DNA of 64,000 nucleotides from Candidatus Marinacidobacterales bacterium (GCA_965224085.1 CBDCYI010000009.1:736001-800000); one strand, 5' to 3'. Numbered from the stretch's first letter, positions 10,227 to 20,786 are shown. The notes: generated by a model from the sequence alone, not told the origin. A program made the numbers and translations.

Positions 10227-10553
10227 TGGTGCTCCTTCCTTGATGTTGGTGGCGGCTACTGCTTTCGGCTCAATCTGGTTCGCATGCTGAGTCTCTGCCG
10301 TCTAGAAAGTCATCGATTTCTTCATTGGCTAGGACAGAAAAAGGATCGATGGGACCGGGCGGGAGGTTGTTAACTCAGCTCCTCCAAATCGGCGGTTGTC
10401 CTTGGAATTTCGCCTGTCGTTAGGCGGAATAGCTTAATGAGTGCCGCCGCTTGCAAACGACGGTACGTCTCTCCACCAAGCTCGTCTAGGCTCGCCGGAA
10501 TTTCTTTCATGGGATGGTTGCTCATGTTGTCTTCCTTCCTAGGTGTTGGGTGA

Positions 10554-10838
10554 CTACTTGTTTCGACTTGGTGTAGCTCTCATTGGTTTCTCTAGCTCGC
10601 CTACGACGATCAGAAGATCGATCATGCGGCGAACTTTGTCTCCTATCGGGAGCTCTTCGGTCTCCAATCGGATGTAGTGGCGTTCGGAGAGCCCAAGTTT
10701 CTCGGCAAACTCTTTTTGCGTGAGTCCTAGAAACTCAACTCGATAGGCTCGGAGCTCTTCTGCGGTCATTCCCATTTGTTCAATCATCGTGCAGAAATTA
10801 TCCGGCATGACATAAGTCATGCCAAGAAAAACCGACAC
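10554..10838 (-). CDS. XRE-family HTH regulator
   Basis: LRAYRVEFLGLTQKEFAEKLGLSERHYIRLE. Confidence 0.8.
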   Translation of the reverse strand: MSVFLGMTYVMPDNFCTMIEQMGMTAEELRAYRVEFLGLTQKEFAEKLGLSERHYIRLETEELPIGDKVRRMIDLLIVVGELEKPMRATPSRNK

Positions 10839-11149
10839 GTTTTAGAGTAAAAAACATTACTTCCGTAAAATTAGACGGGTAACGGCGATGCGCCCCATCC
10901 TTTCTGCACGGGAGTTCGCCTTCAAATCCCCCCTAGGCTCCTGCCCCCCGAGTCAGGATAGTGGGAATCGCGGACCTCGATCCCAAACTTCGAAAAGAGG
11001 TTTAATAATCCCCCTTTGGCACAAAGTGCGCGACGCTCCTTTGATTTCAGTCGCTTAGGATCCGTTCTCGAAAAGCCAACGCACTGCGAACGTTTTCTCA
11101 AGTGTCGGTGTGTGCGAGGCGCTTCAGCTCTTCGATGAGCTCGCAATCA

Positions 11150-11385
11150 CCCTCCGTGGATGCCAGTACCAGCAGGCCCCTACTATGACAAAAAGCGCCG
11201 GTATGTCGGTCCAAAGATGCGCGAGTTCGTTGGGATAGATGAACGTCTGAACGATCATCAGCATGGCGTGGAGCGTATTGGGCAAGGATGCCCCAATCGA
11301 AAAGCGAGGCCGCAGCCAGCGGATCTTTAGCTCCTCGAATCAGCAGTATGGCCCAGGCGATATAGACGGCTAAAAGCATGAACAG
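11150..11385 (-). pseudogene. Small membrane protein 3' fragment (DUF6632-like), frameshifted
   Basis: MLLAVYIAWAILLIRGAKDP... continues in a shifted frame as HAMLMIVQTFIYPNELAHLWTDIP. The family call is from memory. Confidence 0.4.
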
Positions 11386-11788
11386 ACTCCCGTCCGCCCT
11401 TGGAGGCCATCAGACGGGGATCGGCAGTCCTCATCAACTCAGTAAATCCAAGGTATGCAGCATGATCGGAGACCACCAGAAAATCCAGCGGTCGAATTAG
11501 CTTGGCTCTTACTCCATTGCTCGCAATGACTTCCTCACCTAGGGCGAAACGGAACGACTCCTCCGGCCCAAGCGTGTTTCCAAACATGCCGGAATCGAAG
11601 GAATAGGACGAGTGGTGGTGCGTATCTCCCCAGTACACCCGTTGCGGGAAATAGTCTTCTACGTAGGGTGAGTACTCCGTTTTTTTCTCCGGGACGAGTT
11701 CTCGTTTGGGCGTCCACTCCTGAGCAATTGCGGAGTTGGGTGATATGAGAATGAGCCACATAACGGCGGCTGTTGAAATAGCTTTCAT
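11386..11788 (-). pseudogene. DUF3604 family exported protein, N-terminal fragment
   Basis: Signal peptide, then YSPY...FPQRVYWGDTHHHSSYSFD...RFALGEEV...RPLDFLVVSDHA, then truncated. Confidence 0.8.
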
Positions 11789-11809
11789 GCTTGTCTCCGT
11801 ACCAATAAG

Positions 11810-11941
11810 ATGTCTTCAGATGGTTCAGCGACGCGAGAAGCTTGGACTCCCGGTCGAAACACGCCAGACGCTCTTTGTCTTTCGCGAATTCTATCGCCAC
11901 GTCTCGGTCGAGCTTCGTGCCCGAGCGCGGTAGACCTCGCC
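11810..11941 (-). pseudogene. Ser/Thr protein kinase fragment (subdomains I-III), with indels
   Basis: GEVYRAR / TKLDRDVAI / FAKDKERLACFDRESKLLASLNH. Confidence 0.75.
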
Positions 11942-12229
11942 CTGACGCTTGCGGAAGCGTCAGAACAGCGAAAGCGTGAGCTACGCGGAAGGTCGAACCA
12001 AAATGTGTATGTACAAGGCATCATCTCGCGCCGTAGGCGCGAGGCAGTCAGATCGTCTCGCCCCGGCGAGATAAGGGTGAGCCTGCTGTGCAACAATAGC
12101 GAGCCCCGGCCGCCAGAAACGACCGGGGCTCTGATGTTTGGATGGCCCCCCGAAGGAGGCGCTCCAGTACAGGTGGAAGCTAGCCTCTCACAGACGGGCG
12201 GCCATAGTCCAGCGCTTGCTGAGTCTCAA

Positions 12230-12635
12230 ATGGCCACCAAACCAGTCGTTGTGTACCAGCGTTTTTGTCGTAACTGTTCAGAGGCCTTCTACATCTGCAA
12301 GAGCTGTGACCGTGGACACTGCTACTGCGGTAAAGCGTGCTCTTATCATGCCGGCCTAATAAAGTGTCGCGGCTACAACCGCAAAGATCGAGAAAGTGTC
12401 GAAGGACAGTCGAGATTGTGCGGACCGGCAACGTGAGTATCGACGACACCAAGAAAAAGTAACGGATCATGGTTCCATTCACGTCGGTAACTCGGGCAAT
12501 GTAGGAATCAGAGAACAGATCCGGTCACGGAGCTCGATGGTTCTTTCAATGAAAACGAAGCTTGACAGTTTCGGATATGCCAAATGCTGTATCTGCGGCG
12601 GACGCGGGAGGTGGATGGATGTCGAAGCTCAGTGA
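12230..12635 (+). pseudogene. Cys-rich zinc-finger protein typical of mobile elements, frameshifted near 12410
   Basis: CRNC...ICKSCDRGHCYCGKAC, continuing in another frame as DRQREYRRHQEKVTDHGS...CCICG. Confidence 0.55.
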
Positions 12636-12786
12636 TAAACCGCTCACGAGCGACGCTCTAACAGAAAACGATTATGTCCGGGCGGTTTTGGATATCTATG
12701 TTTCTATTCCGAACACACCTGAGCGACCACGGCGCGACGATCGCTTCATGGCGACGCGACTCTACCGCCAGGGCGTCCCGTTATAC
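12619..12786 (+). pseudogene. Mobile-element-associated hypothetical protein, truncated
   Basis: DYVRAVLDIYVSIPNTPERPRRDDRFMATRLYRQGVPL, then an abrupt switch to SRPBCC sequence. Confidence 0.45.
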
Positions 12787-13225
12787 CACGCCCGACGCCC
12801 TATGGGCGGTTATCGGTCGCTTCATGCACATTGACGAGTTCGCACCGCTCGTAAAATCCGTGGATGCCCTCACGGACGGCGAAGACGGGATCGGGTCGAA
12901 ACGGCGCTGCAATTTCGACGATGGTACCTCAGTGGTGGAGGAGGTGACCAAGTGGGAGGCCAATCGTAGGTATCGCGTCCGTTTGTCGGAAATGACGGCG
13001 ATGCCTCTTCACGAAGCGCACGCGGAGCTGTCGGTCGAGCCGCTGGATAACGGGCGGGCGAGAGTGAAGTGGGGCATGGATTATCGCGTGAAATTCGGTC
13101 CCTTCGGATGGTTATTGGGCCAAACCATGATGAAATTGATGATGGGCAAGATCCTCGACGGTAATCTGAAGGGTCTCGCCAACAACGTTCGGTCGAACCG
13201 GACTGCAACTTCACAGGCGACCTAG
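12787..13225 (+). pseudogene. SRPBCC/polyketide cyclase family protein lacking its N-terminus
   Basis: PDALWAVIGRF...GIGSKRRCNFDDG.VVEEVTKWE...YRVKFGPFGWLLG...LKGL. Confidence 0.7.
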
Positions 13226-13319
13226 AGAGGGACATTGCCAATCGAAAGGCCGCTTTTGTTTGGCACAAAGCGCCAAAGCAAGGTATCTAGCTCGAAACCA
13301 CCCCCAGCGTCCCATAACT

Positions 13320-13358
13320 CCTATTCTGTCTCCTATTCTGTCAACTATTCTGTCAACT
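13320..13358 (+). repeat. Tandem 12-bp repeat (CTATTCTGTC core, three copies)
   Basis: cctattctgtct cctattctgtca actattctgtca act, followed by the palindrome TTGTATATACAA at 13378-13389. Confidence 0.85.
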
Positions 13359-13411
13359 AGGAATGTCGATACATTATTTGTATATACAACTATAGTTTAC
13401 ACGGAGTCAGT

Positions 13412-13898
13412 ATGCCTGAAACACCCCTAAAATCGACCGAAAACCGACGACCGAGGGACTACACGAAGTCGGGCCTTTTCGCGCTCCAACGAGGCCTTCA
13501 AGGCGTCGGCCTGGCCTGGCTGGCGGACACCGGGGAGCTTGCCAAGCCGCTCCAAGCTTGGCGCGCGGAGACGCGCGAGGCTCTGGGCGGGGACTCGATT
13601 TCACCGCAGCGAAGCGATACTGAACGCCGTGACGATGGATGTCCTCCTGATATCGAGCATTGATAGCTTCATCGCCTCGAGGCCGAGCCCGGTGAACAAG
13701 TCCCGCCGCGCCTTGTTCCCTATCATCCAAGAGCGAGCCCGGCTGGCGGATGCATTGACGAAAAGGCTGCAGGCTCTAGGACTCGACCGCGTGGAAAAAT
13801 CGGCGCTCGACCTCAAGACGTACCTCGACACGCACTACGGCAGCACTGACGACGCCTCGGCGGCACAAATGTGGGAAAGACGCCGAAACTTTGAATGA
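13412..13898 (+). pseudogene. Phage hypothetical protein (possible small-terminase position), frameshifted near 13612
   Basis: ORFs 13412..13663 and 13539..13898 join (LGGDSISPQR / EAILNAV...LQALGLDRV). Lies immediately upstream of the terminase. Confidence 0.5.
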
Positions 13899-13942
13899 AA
13901 GGCGGTGACGAAAGTCTGACAAATTTTTATGGAGACGATTGA

Positions 13943-14458
13943 ATGAACAACCCCACCATCCTCGAAGCCCTTCGCGACGAAAAACTTCTCGGTCATGCCG
14001 GATTGGATTCGGATTCATGGAAGGTTTGGCACGTCGCACTGAAGGCCGCGTTCGGTCTCAACATGAATCCCGAAGAGCTAGCGACCTTCAGGAAGCACAC
14101 CGGTAGATCGTCCCCGCCGAGCGAGCAGGTACGAGAGTGTTGGATCCCAACAGGTAGACGCGGCGGTAAGTCACGAGTCGCAGCCGCAATCGCCGACTAT
14201 CTAGCTACGCTTCGTGACTATTCCCCCTACCTATCGAGCGGTGAGAAAGCCATCGTGAAGCTCATCGCGGCGGACCAACGGCAGGCGAAGATCGCGCTCG
14301 GCTACATCCGCTCGATGCTGGTCGATAGCCCGGTGCTGTCGAAAATGATCGAGAACGAAAGGAAGGACTCTATCGATTTCAACAATGGTGTCTCCATCGA
14401 GGTCAGGAGCGCGAACTACGGAACCACCGCATCGTGGATCGCATCTCGCTGGTCATGA
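13943..14458 (+). pseudogene. Phage terminase large subunit, N-terminal ATPase fragment
   Basis: Walker A GRRGGKSR, IAADQRQAKI, IDFNNGVSIEV. Ends before Walker B. Confidence 0.75.
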
Positions 14459-14600
14459 CTCGTCGTCGCGGCAACCAGTCCGACCGTCATACCTTTCACG
14501 CTCAGATAAGCTACGGCTGAAGCCGCGGCGAGATCGCGCCCGGGTCCAGCATACGTAACCCCGTGCGCCTCTGCGGCCGCCCGGGTTTCGCGTTCGCAGT

Positions 14601-14711
14601 CAGGCGCTGAATTTCAACACTCAACTCTTCTATAACGCCGTCCGGCCGGACACAACTCCCAGCGCAAATATCGAGTTGCGCTTTCAGCTGACCTTCCTGT
14701 TTCCGAAATAG
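14601..14711 (+). pseudogene. 3' tip of an outer-membrane beta-barrel protein
   Basis: QALNFNTQLFYNAVRPD...IELRFQLTFLFPK* is a beta-barrel-type C-terminus. No 5' part is present. Confidence 0.5.
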
Positions 14712-14754
14712 CCGTGAAAGTGGGACTAGCTTTTGGAAGAGGAGATGGCGGACA

Positions 14755-15891
14755 ATGGCGGCGGTGTTGCTAAGACTAAAAAGCCTGAGCGCACTTTGCG
14801 TTGTCGGCGCCTCTTACGTCGCGTCTGCTCAGGATGCGCCCACTAAAGCGGATCACTTCGTGCCCTCGCGCCCGGCGAATCTGAGCTGGGGTTGGTATCC
14901 GATAAACAAAGAGCCCGTCCTGACCGTTAGGTCCGGACAAACGGTCCGCATCGACACGGTGACCCATGCGGGCGCGACGCAGGATGAGAACCCCGTTTCG
15001 TATTTGACCGGGCTGGGAGTGCCTCGGGACGAGATTCTCGAGGACGTGCTGGACTTTTGGGCTTCGCGTGACGAGCGCCCGAGAGAAGGCCGAAGCGGCC
15101 ACGTCATCACCGGACCGGTCTATGTCGAAGGTGCGGAGCCCGGCGACATGCTCGAGGTGCAGATTCTCGACATAGAGACGCGGGTACCCTGGGGAATCAA
15201 CAACACGAGCGCCACAGGAGGCGTGTTCTCGTCGGGCTATCCAGGCGTTCGTTCCGACGACCCGCGGCTGGACATCCCACGGACGCGGCACGTCATCCGC
15301 ACCGGCGAGGTCGATGGACGCGAAGTCGCCTTCTTCGCGGACGACATCCAAGTACCGCTCGCGCCTTTCATGGGCATCCTGGCCGTGGCTCCCGACCCCG
15401 TGGTAGGCGAGCCCGGGGTAACGCTTGCCGACGTGCAGAGCTCGCGCCCGCCGGGTGCCTACGGTGGCAACCTGGACGTCAAAGATCTCAAACCGGGAAC
15501 GACCGTCTATCTTCCGGTCTTCCATCCTGGCGCACTCTTCTATACGGGCGATCCGCACGGGGCGCAGGGCGATGGCGAGGTGAGTGGTACGGCGATCGAG
15601 CAGTCGCTGAGCGCGGTCTTCCGCTTCGTTGTCCACAAGAACGTGCACCTGGCGGGCCCACGCGCCGAAACAGATACCCACTACCTCCTTATGGGGATCG
15701 ACCTCGATCTCGACCGAGCGACTCGGCACGCTACCTGGGAAGTTGTGGACTTCCTCGTAAAGGAAAAGGGGCTCACGCCGGACAAAGCGCTTTCACTTGC
15801 AAGCATTGCTGTCGATTTCCGCGTGAGTGAGGTGGTCGACTTGACCCAGGTCGTGACCGGCTTCATCCCCAAGAGCATCTTTCTGCGTTAG
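14755..15891 (+). CDS. Acetamidase/formamidase family protein with signal peptide
   Basis: GHVITGPVYVEGAEPGD, PFMG, GGNLD, GDPHGAQGDGEVSGTAIE. Confidence 0.9.
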   Translation: MAAVLLRLKSLSALCVVGASYVASAQDAPTKADHFVPSRPANLSWGWYPINKEPVLTVRSGQTVRIDTVTHAGATQDENPVSYLTGLGVPRDEILEDVLDFWASRDERPREGRSGHVITGPVYVEGAEPGDMLEVQILDIETRVPWGINNTSATGGVFSSGYPGVRSDDPRLDIPRTRHVIRTGEVDGREVAFFADDIQVPLAPFMGILAVAPDPVVGEPGVTLADVQSSRPPGAYGGNLDVKDLKPGTTVYLPVFHPGALFYTGDPHGAQGDGEVSGTAIEQSLSAVFRFVVHKNVHLAGPRAETDTHYLLMGIDLDLDRATRHATWEVVDFLVKEKGLTPDKALSLASIAVDFRVSEVVDLTQVVTGFIPKSIFLR

Positions 15892-15918
15892 CTCCGATCT
15901 GCCATCGATCGAATAGGA

Positions 15919-16072
15919 ACTAATAAGAAACTCAGGGTGTAGCGTTGGCAAGAGGTGCGAGAGTGACGTCAAAACCGAGCTCCCTCAGGCGTCGTGTTGA
16001 GCCGGTGCCACCTCCAGAGACTACCGCGTTTCATTCATTCGGGGTGGCCGTCAGGCCGTGGAAAACTTGACA
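15919..16072 (+). repeat. Dispersed ~150-bp repeat, copy A (MITE/REPIN-like)
   Basis: ACTAATAAGAAACTCAGG...GGAAAACTTGACA is nearly identical to the reverse complement of 41464..41608. Confidence 0.9.
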
Positions 16073-16095
16073 GGCTTCCACAACGGCAGTACAAC
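16067..16095 (+). promoter_or_regulatory. Sigma-70 promoter straddling the repeat end
   Basis: TTGACA (last 6 nt of the repeat), a 17-bp spacer and TACAAC, 43 bp before the FAH-family gene start. Confidence 0.6.
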
Positions 16096-16138
16096 CGGTC
16101 CCTCTGGGACGAATGTCAACGCGTCCACAAGGAGTGTC

Positions 16139-17284
16139 ATGCGAAATTCCCTGATCATCACCATCCTCTTGGCTCTGGCGATCCCCGTTTTGTGCTCGGC
16201 GCAGGATGGGCTCGAGAGCGCAGAACCATTCAAAGTTGGGACCTTCGAGATCGTGGACATCGCGCATGTCGGTATCGTCCTGCGCGATAGCCTCGTGGTC
16301 GACCTCGAGGCCGCCAACGTCGCCCTCGAGAGGGATCCGGCCTATCCAAGAATCCCGCCGCCGGCGGACATGGTGGAGCTCATCGAGCGGTACGAATATG
16401 GCTTGAAACGGCGCGTGTACGAGATCGTCAACGAGCTGGTCGGCAGGGACATGCTGGGCTCGAATCGACCCGGCTACGTATATGACCTCGACGCTTTACG
16501 AACGCTCCCGCCCATCATGTACCCCGGAAAGATACTCAACGCGGCGGTCAACTTTTATAGCCACGTCAACGAGACGGGCACCGAGGAGGACCGCGCGACG
16601 GCGCGACGGCAGCGGCGTGAGAATCGCGGTGTCCCCTACTTGTTCTTGAAGGCCAGCAAAGGCGCGGTCGTCGGAAATGGCGATCCCATCGTAATCCCGT
16701 ACGGCCGGGATCGCACGGACTGGGAGGTCGAGCTCGGCACGGTGATCGGCCGCACCGCGAAATACGTCTCTGCCAACGACGCGCAGGATTACGTTTTTGG
16801 CTATGTGGTCACGCTCGATATCTCCGATCGCGGAGGCCGGCCTCCCGGGGGAAACCCGTTGCGATCCGATTGGTTCGTCGGGAAAGGCCACGATACGTTC
16901 GCGCCGATGGGACCGTGGATCGTGCCCAAGGAATTCTACGGCGACCCGATGGAGAAGCTCCGGCAAACGCTGAGTGTCGGCGATACCAAGATGCAGGAAG
17001 CGACCGCCGGCGACATGATCCACTCTCTGTGGGAGTTGATAGAGTACGGCTCGTCCATCATTACGCTGTTCCCCGGCGACGTCATCAATAACGGGACGTC
17101 CGGTGGTACCGGAATGGGCACCGCAGTCCGCGGCGCTCAGCGCTTCCTCCAGCCGGGCGAGGAAATCGTGGCGACCATCGACGGGATCGGAACTCTGCGC
17201 ATGCCGGTCGTGGCGGAGGATCCGCCGACCGGCCTCACGGGGGCTCAGCTACCGCCAGTCAAGAGCTACAGGGACCCGCGCTAA
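16139..17284 (+). CDS. Fumarylacetoacetate hydrolase family protein with signal peptide
   Basis: DWEVELGTVIG, DISDR, GKGHDTFAPMGPWIV, LFPGDVINNGT. AAGGAG RBS before ATG 16139. Confidence 0.88.
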   Translation: MRNSLIITILLALAIPVLCSAQDGLESAEPFKVGTFEIVDIAHVGIVLRDSLVVDLEAANVALERDPAYPRIPPPADMVELIERYEYGLKRRVYEIVNELVGRDMLGSNRPGYVYDLDALRTLPPIMYPGKILNAAVNFYSHVNETGTEEDRATARRQRRENRGVPYLFLKASKGAVVGNGDPIVIPYGRDRTDWEVELGTVIGRTAKYVSANDAQDYVFGYVVTLDISDRGGRPPGGNPLRSDWFVGKGHDTFAPMGPWIVPKEFYGDPMEKLRQTLSVGDTKMQEATAGDMIHSLWELIEYGSSIITLFPGDVINNGTSGGTGMGTAVRGAQRFLQPGEEIVATIDGIGTLRMPVVAEDPPTGLTGAQLPPVKSYRDPR

Positions 17285-17314
17285 GTTAAGAAAATCTAGA
17301 AATCTAGAAATTAT

Positions 17315-17824
17315 TCAGGGGGCGCCGGCGACGACTGACTTCGTGCCGGTCGATGCGTACGGCGTCCCCAGGGTGCCACGATTTTCCGAGCGAGCGCCGC
17401 TCGCCGAAAGAAGACGTTTTCCGAGCCGGTCGCCGAGAAGAACCGCGAGGAGTACGGTGAACACTGGAGTCGTATTGACGAGCAGGCTCGCGGCCCCGGC
17501 GCTCACGGTTTGCTCGCCCGTGTTGAGCGCTACGTGGTACACCACGATTCCAGTCAAACCGAGCGACAGGAACCCGAGCCAGTCCTTGGGTCCGGCCTTC
17601 AGTAGCGAGCGACGCTTTGAGGCGGCGAGAAGATAGCTTCCGAGCAAAACCGAAGCGATGGAGAAACGAAGAAGCGCGAGCGGTCCCGGCGGGTAGTGCA
17701 CAACCGCGACGCGAATACCGACAAAAGCCGTCGCCCAAAGAACGAGCGCCATGGCCATGCCGAAGCCGAGAAAGGACACGCCCTCGGCCCGCTCTTCTGT
17801 GATCGTAGTGCTCACACTGCTCAC
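17315..17824 (-). pseudogene. EamA/DMT transporter, only the first repeat retained
   Basis: LWATAFVGIR...LALLRF...SAGAASLLVNTTPVFTVLLAVLLGDRL, then unrelated sequence. Confidence 0.75.
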
Positions 17825-17874
17825 ACAACCGTTCTACACGAGCGCACCGGCGAGCGGGAATTGATTCAGGACAA

Positions 17875-19479
17875 TTACGAGAAGAAATCGTTCCCTTTGT
17901 CGTCTACAACGATGAAGGCCGGGAAGTTCTCGACGTCGATGCGCCAGACGGCTTCCATGCCAAGCTCTTCGTACTCGACGACTTCGACTTTCTTGATCGA
18001 TTCGAGCGCGAGGATGGCGGCGGGCCCTCCGATGGAGCCTAGATAGAACCCTCCGTACTTTTTGCACGCGTCGCTCACTTGCCGGGATCGGTTGCCTTTG
18101 GCGAGTGTTATGAAGCTTCCGCCATGCTCCATGAAAGGACCAACGTAAGAGTCCATCCGTCCGGCGGTCGTCGGACCGAAGGAGCCCGACGCATAGCCAA
18201 CGGGTGTCTTCGCCGGACCGGCGTAGTAAATAATGTGGTCCTTGAAATATTGCGGCAGCCCTTCGCCGCGATCGATGCGCTCTTTGAGCTTAGCGTGCGC
18301 AATATCGCGAGCCACGATAATCGAGCCTGTCAGCGAGAGCCTCGTTTTGACCGGATAGCTGGAGAGCGTCTCTCGAACCTCACTCATGGGCTTGTTCAAG
18401 TCCAGCTCGACGACCTCCGCTCCGAGCTCCTCGCCTTCGACCTCCGGCATGAACTGCGCCGGGTTGGTCTCGAGCTGCTCCAGAAAAATCCCACCGCGCG
18501 TGATCTTCCCGTACGCTTGCCGGTCGGCCGAGCACGATACGCCAATACCGACAGGGAGCGACGCGCCGTGGCGCGGAAGCCGGATGATGCGCACGTCATG
18601 GCAGAAATAGGTGCCGCCGAACTGCGCGCCGACCCCGAGCTTGCGTGAGCGCGCGAGCACTTCTTTCTCGAGCGCAACGTCCCGGAACGCGCGGCCGAGC
18701 TCGTTCCCGGTTTGAGGCAGACCGTCGAGATACTTGCAGCTCGCGAGCTTTACCGTTTTGAGCGTGAGCTCCGCGGACGTTCCTCCGATAACGATCGCAA
18801 GGTGGTAGGGCGGACAGGCTGCCGTACCGAGGCTTTTCATCTTCTCCTCGATGAAGCTCACGAGCGCGTCCGGGTTCAAAAGAGCGCGGGTCTCTTGATA
18901 GAGAAAACTCTTATTCGCGGAGCCCCCTCCTTTGGTGATGAACAGAAAATGGTATTCGTCGCCTTTGGTTGCGTAGAGCTCGATTTGGGCCGGGAGATTG
19001 TTCTTGGTGTTCTTCTCCTCGTACATCGAGAGCGGCGCTAGCTGCGAATAGCGTAGGTTCGTTGTCGTGTAGGTGTTGTAAATGCCGCGGGCGAGCGCTT
19101 CCTCGTCATCGCCCGACGTCAAGACGAATTGACCTTTCTTGCCGACGACGATGGCCGTCCCTGTGTCCTGACAGGACGGGAGGATCATCCCGGCGGCGAC
19201 GTTGGCATTTTTCAGCATCTGGATCGCGACAAAACGATCGTTGTCGCTCGCCTCGGGGTCGTCGAGGATTTGGTGTACCTGTTCGAGGTGCGACGTCCGG
19301 AACAAGTGCGAGACATCGCGCACGGCCTCGGCCGCGAGAAGTGACAGCCCTTCGGGCTCGACACTCAGAAATTGGTGCTCACCGAGCATCGCCACCTTCA
19401 CGTGGTCGCTCGTCAGCTTGCGAAACGGGATCTCCTCGTGACCCATCTCGAACATCGGTTGGAAACGAAACGCCGTCAT
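17875..19479 (-). CDS. fumA: Class I (Fe-S) fumarate hydratase
   Basis: [46 protein letters not shown]. Start at MTAFRFQ. Confidence 0.93.
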   Translation of the reverse strand: MTAFRFQPMFEMGHEEIPFRKLTSDHVKVAMLGEHQFLSVEPEGLSLLAAEAVRDVSHLFRTSHLEQVHQILDDPEASDNDRFVAIQMLKNANVAAGMILPSCQDTGTAIVVGKKGQFVLTSGDDEEALARGIYNTYTTTNLRYSQLAPLSMYEEKNTKNNLPAQIELYATKGDEYHFLFITKGGGSANKSFLYQETRALLNPDALVSFIEEKMKSLGTAACPPYHLAIVIGGTSAELTLKTVKLASCKYLDGLPQTGNELGRAFRDVALEKEVLARSRKLGVGAQFGGTYFCHDVRIIRLPRHGASLPVGIGVSCSADRQAYGKITRGGIFLEQLETNPAQFMPEVEGEELGAEVVELDLNKPMSEVRETLSSYPVKTRLSLTGSIIVARDIAHAKLKERIDRGEGLPQYFKDHIIYYAGPAKTPVGYASGSFGPTTAGRMDSYVGPFMEHGGSFITLAKGNRSRQVSDACKKYGGFYLGSIGGPAAILALESIKKVEVVEYEELGMEAVWRIDVENFPAFIVVDDKGNDFFS

Positions 19480-19577
19480 CGTCGACTTGTACTTCCCTTC
19501 TCGGGCCTTCGGCTCCCTCCATGAAGAGAATAGCACGCGTTTGCTCTATACTCGCGCGCACATTATGAGAGGTGGTT

Positions 19578-20786
19578 ATGAGACGAATTCTGTTCTGTGT
19601 GGCTTTTCTGCTTGTAGGCAACAGCGCGTGGGCGCAACAGCAAGAGGATGATCGGGCCGTCATCCGGCTGAATCCGAACGACCCCACGCTCGACGCGTGG
19701 AAGGAGCTCCGCGACACGTCGGGCGATCCGAAGCGCGAGCCCGGGCCCATCAATATCCAGCGCATGCCCGGGGGCCTGGGCTGGACCGGTATCCCCACCT
19801 TTTTCATGCTGCCCGTGGCTCTCACACCCGAGGATTTGACCGCCGGCGAGGTGGACGTTGCCATCATGGGCGCGCCCCTCGATACGGGAAGCGGGATGCG
19901 TGGTGCTGCCTTCGGACCAAAAACACTCCGCGGCTCGGATAAATATCTCGGCTGGGGGAGTTGGTCGGACCCGCATCTGCACGTCATGGTGGACTGGATC
20001 CAGGACCTCACGGTTGTCGATTACGGCGATGCGCCCATCGACAATTTGAGCGCGGAACGGACGATGGCGCCCGTGCGCGCGATGGTCAAAGAGATCGCGG
20101 AGACGGGCGCGATTCCGATGATCGTGGGGGGGGACCATTCGCTCGAATATCCCGACGTGGCTGCGATTGCCGACGTCTACGGCAAAGAGAATGTTGGCGT
20201 CATCCACTTCGACGCGCATTATGACGCGGGCGAGAATTTCGGCGGGCATTTGATCTCGCATGGCCAGCCCATCCGACGCCTCATCGAGGAAGGCCACGTG
20301 CTCGGTAAGAACTACGTTCAAGTCGGCCTTCGAGGCTACTGGCCGGGGGAGGACGGCTTTCGCTTCATGCGCGAGCACGGCTTCCGCTATCACACGATGG
20401 CCGAGATCGAGCGCGACGGCTGGGAGCCGGTCATGGAACGTGCGCTTCAGGAAGTCTCGGAAGGACCGGAATATCTGTACATCTCGCTCGACATCGACGT
20501 GCTCGATCCGGCCTATGCGGCAGGCACCGGTACGCCCGAGCCCGGCGGTCTGACGACGCGGGAGCTCTTCCCCCTCGTCCGGCGGCTTTGTGCCGAGAAC
20601 AATCTCGTCGGCTTCGAGCTCGTCGAGTTCAACCCGCTCGCCGACCCGGGCTACACCACGAGTCTCAATGCCAACCGGGCCCTGCGTGAGTGCTTGACGG
20701 GGATTGCCCTTCGAAAGAAAGGCATCGACGAGAAGCACTATCTGAGCCCGTTGACGGTGGAGCACGGGCGCGAGCCCGGGAGCTGA
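19578..20786 (+). CDS. Agmatinase/ureohydrolase family protein with signal peptide
   Basis: GGDHS, HFDAHYD, SHG, DIDVLDPAYAAGTGTPEPGG. Confidence 0.9.
   Translation: MRRILFCVAFLLVGNSAWAQQQEDDRAVIRLNPNDPTLDAWKELRDTSGDPKREPGPINIQRMPGGLGWTGIPTFFMLPVALTPEDLTAGEVDVAIMGAPLDTGSGMRGAAFGPKTLRGSDKYLGWGSWSDPHLHVMVDWIQDLTVVDYGDAPIDNLSAERTMAPVRAMVKEIAETGAIPMIVGGDHSLEYPDVAAIADVYGKENVGVIHFDAHYDAGENFGGHLISHGQPIRRLIEEGHVLGKNYVQVGLRGYWPGEDGFRFMREHGFRYHTMAEIERDGWEPVMERALQEVSEGPEYLYISLDIDVLDPAYAAGTGTPEPGGLTTRELFPLVRRLCAENNLVGFELVEFNPLADPGYTTSLNANRALRECLTGIALRKKGIDEKHYLSPLTVEHGREPGS

Larger units (their letters stand above)
9020..14420. mobile_element. Decayed prophage/phage-satellite remnant at tRNA-Lys with internal patchwork cargo
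   Basis: Integrase adjacent to the tRNA, SprT-like gene, XRE regulator and terminase fragment. No attR copy was found, so the right boundary is approximate. Confidence 0.65.

Noticed and set aside
11015-13270. 12-bp direct repeat TTTGGCACAAAG at 11015 and 13259 flanking the internal cargo
   Set aside because: A single 12-mer match is expected by chance at this scale, and there is no further similarity.
17293-17310. AATCTAGA tandem duplication as a transposon footprint
   Set aside because: Only 8 bp x2 with no associated element; cannot be distinguished from slippage.
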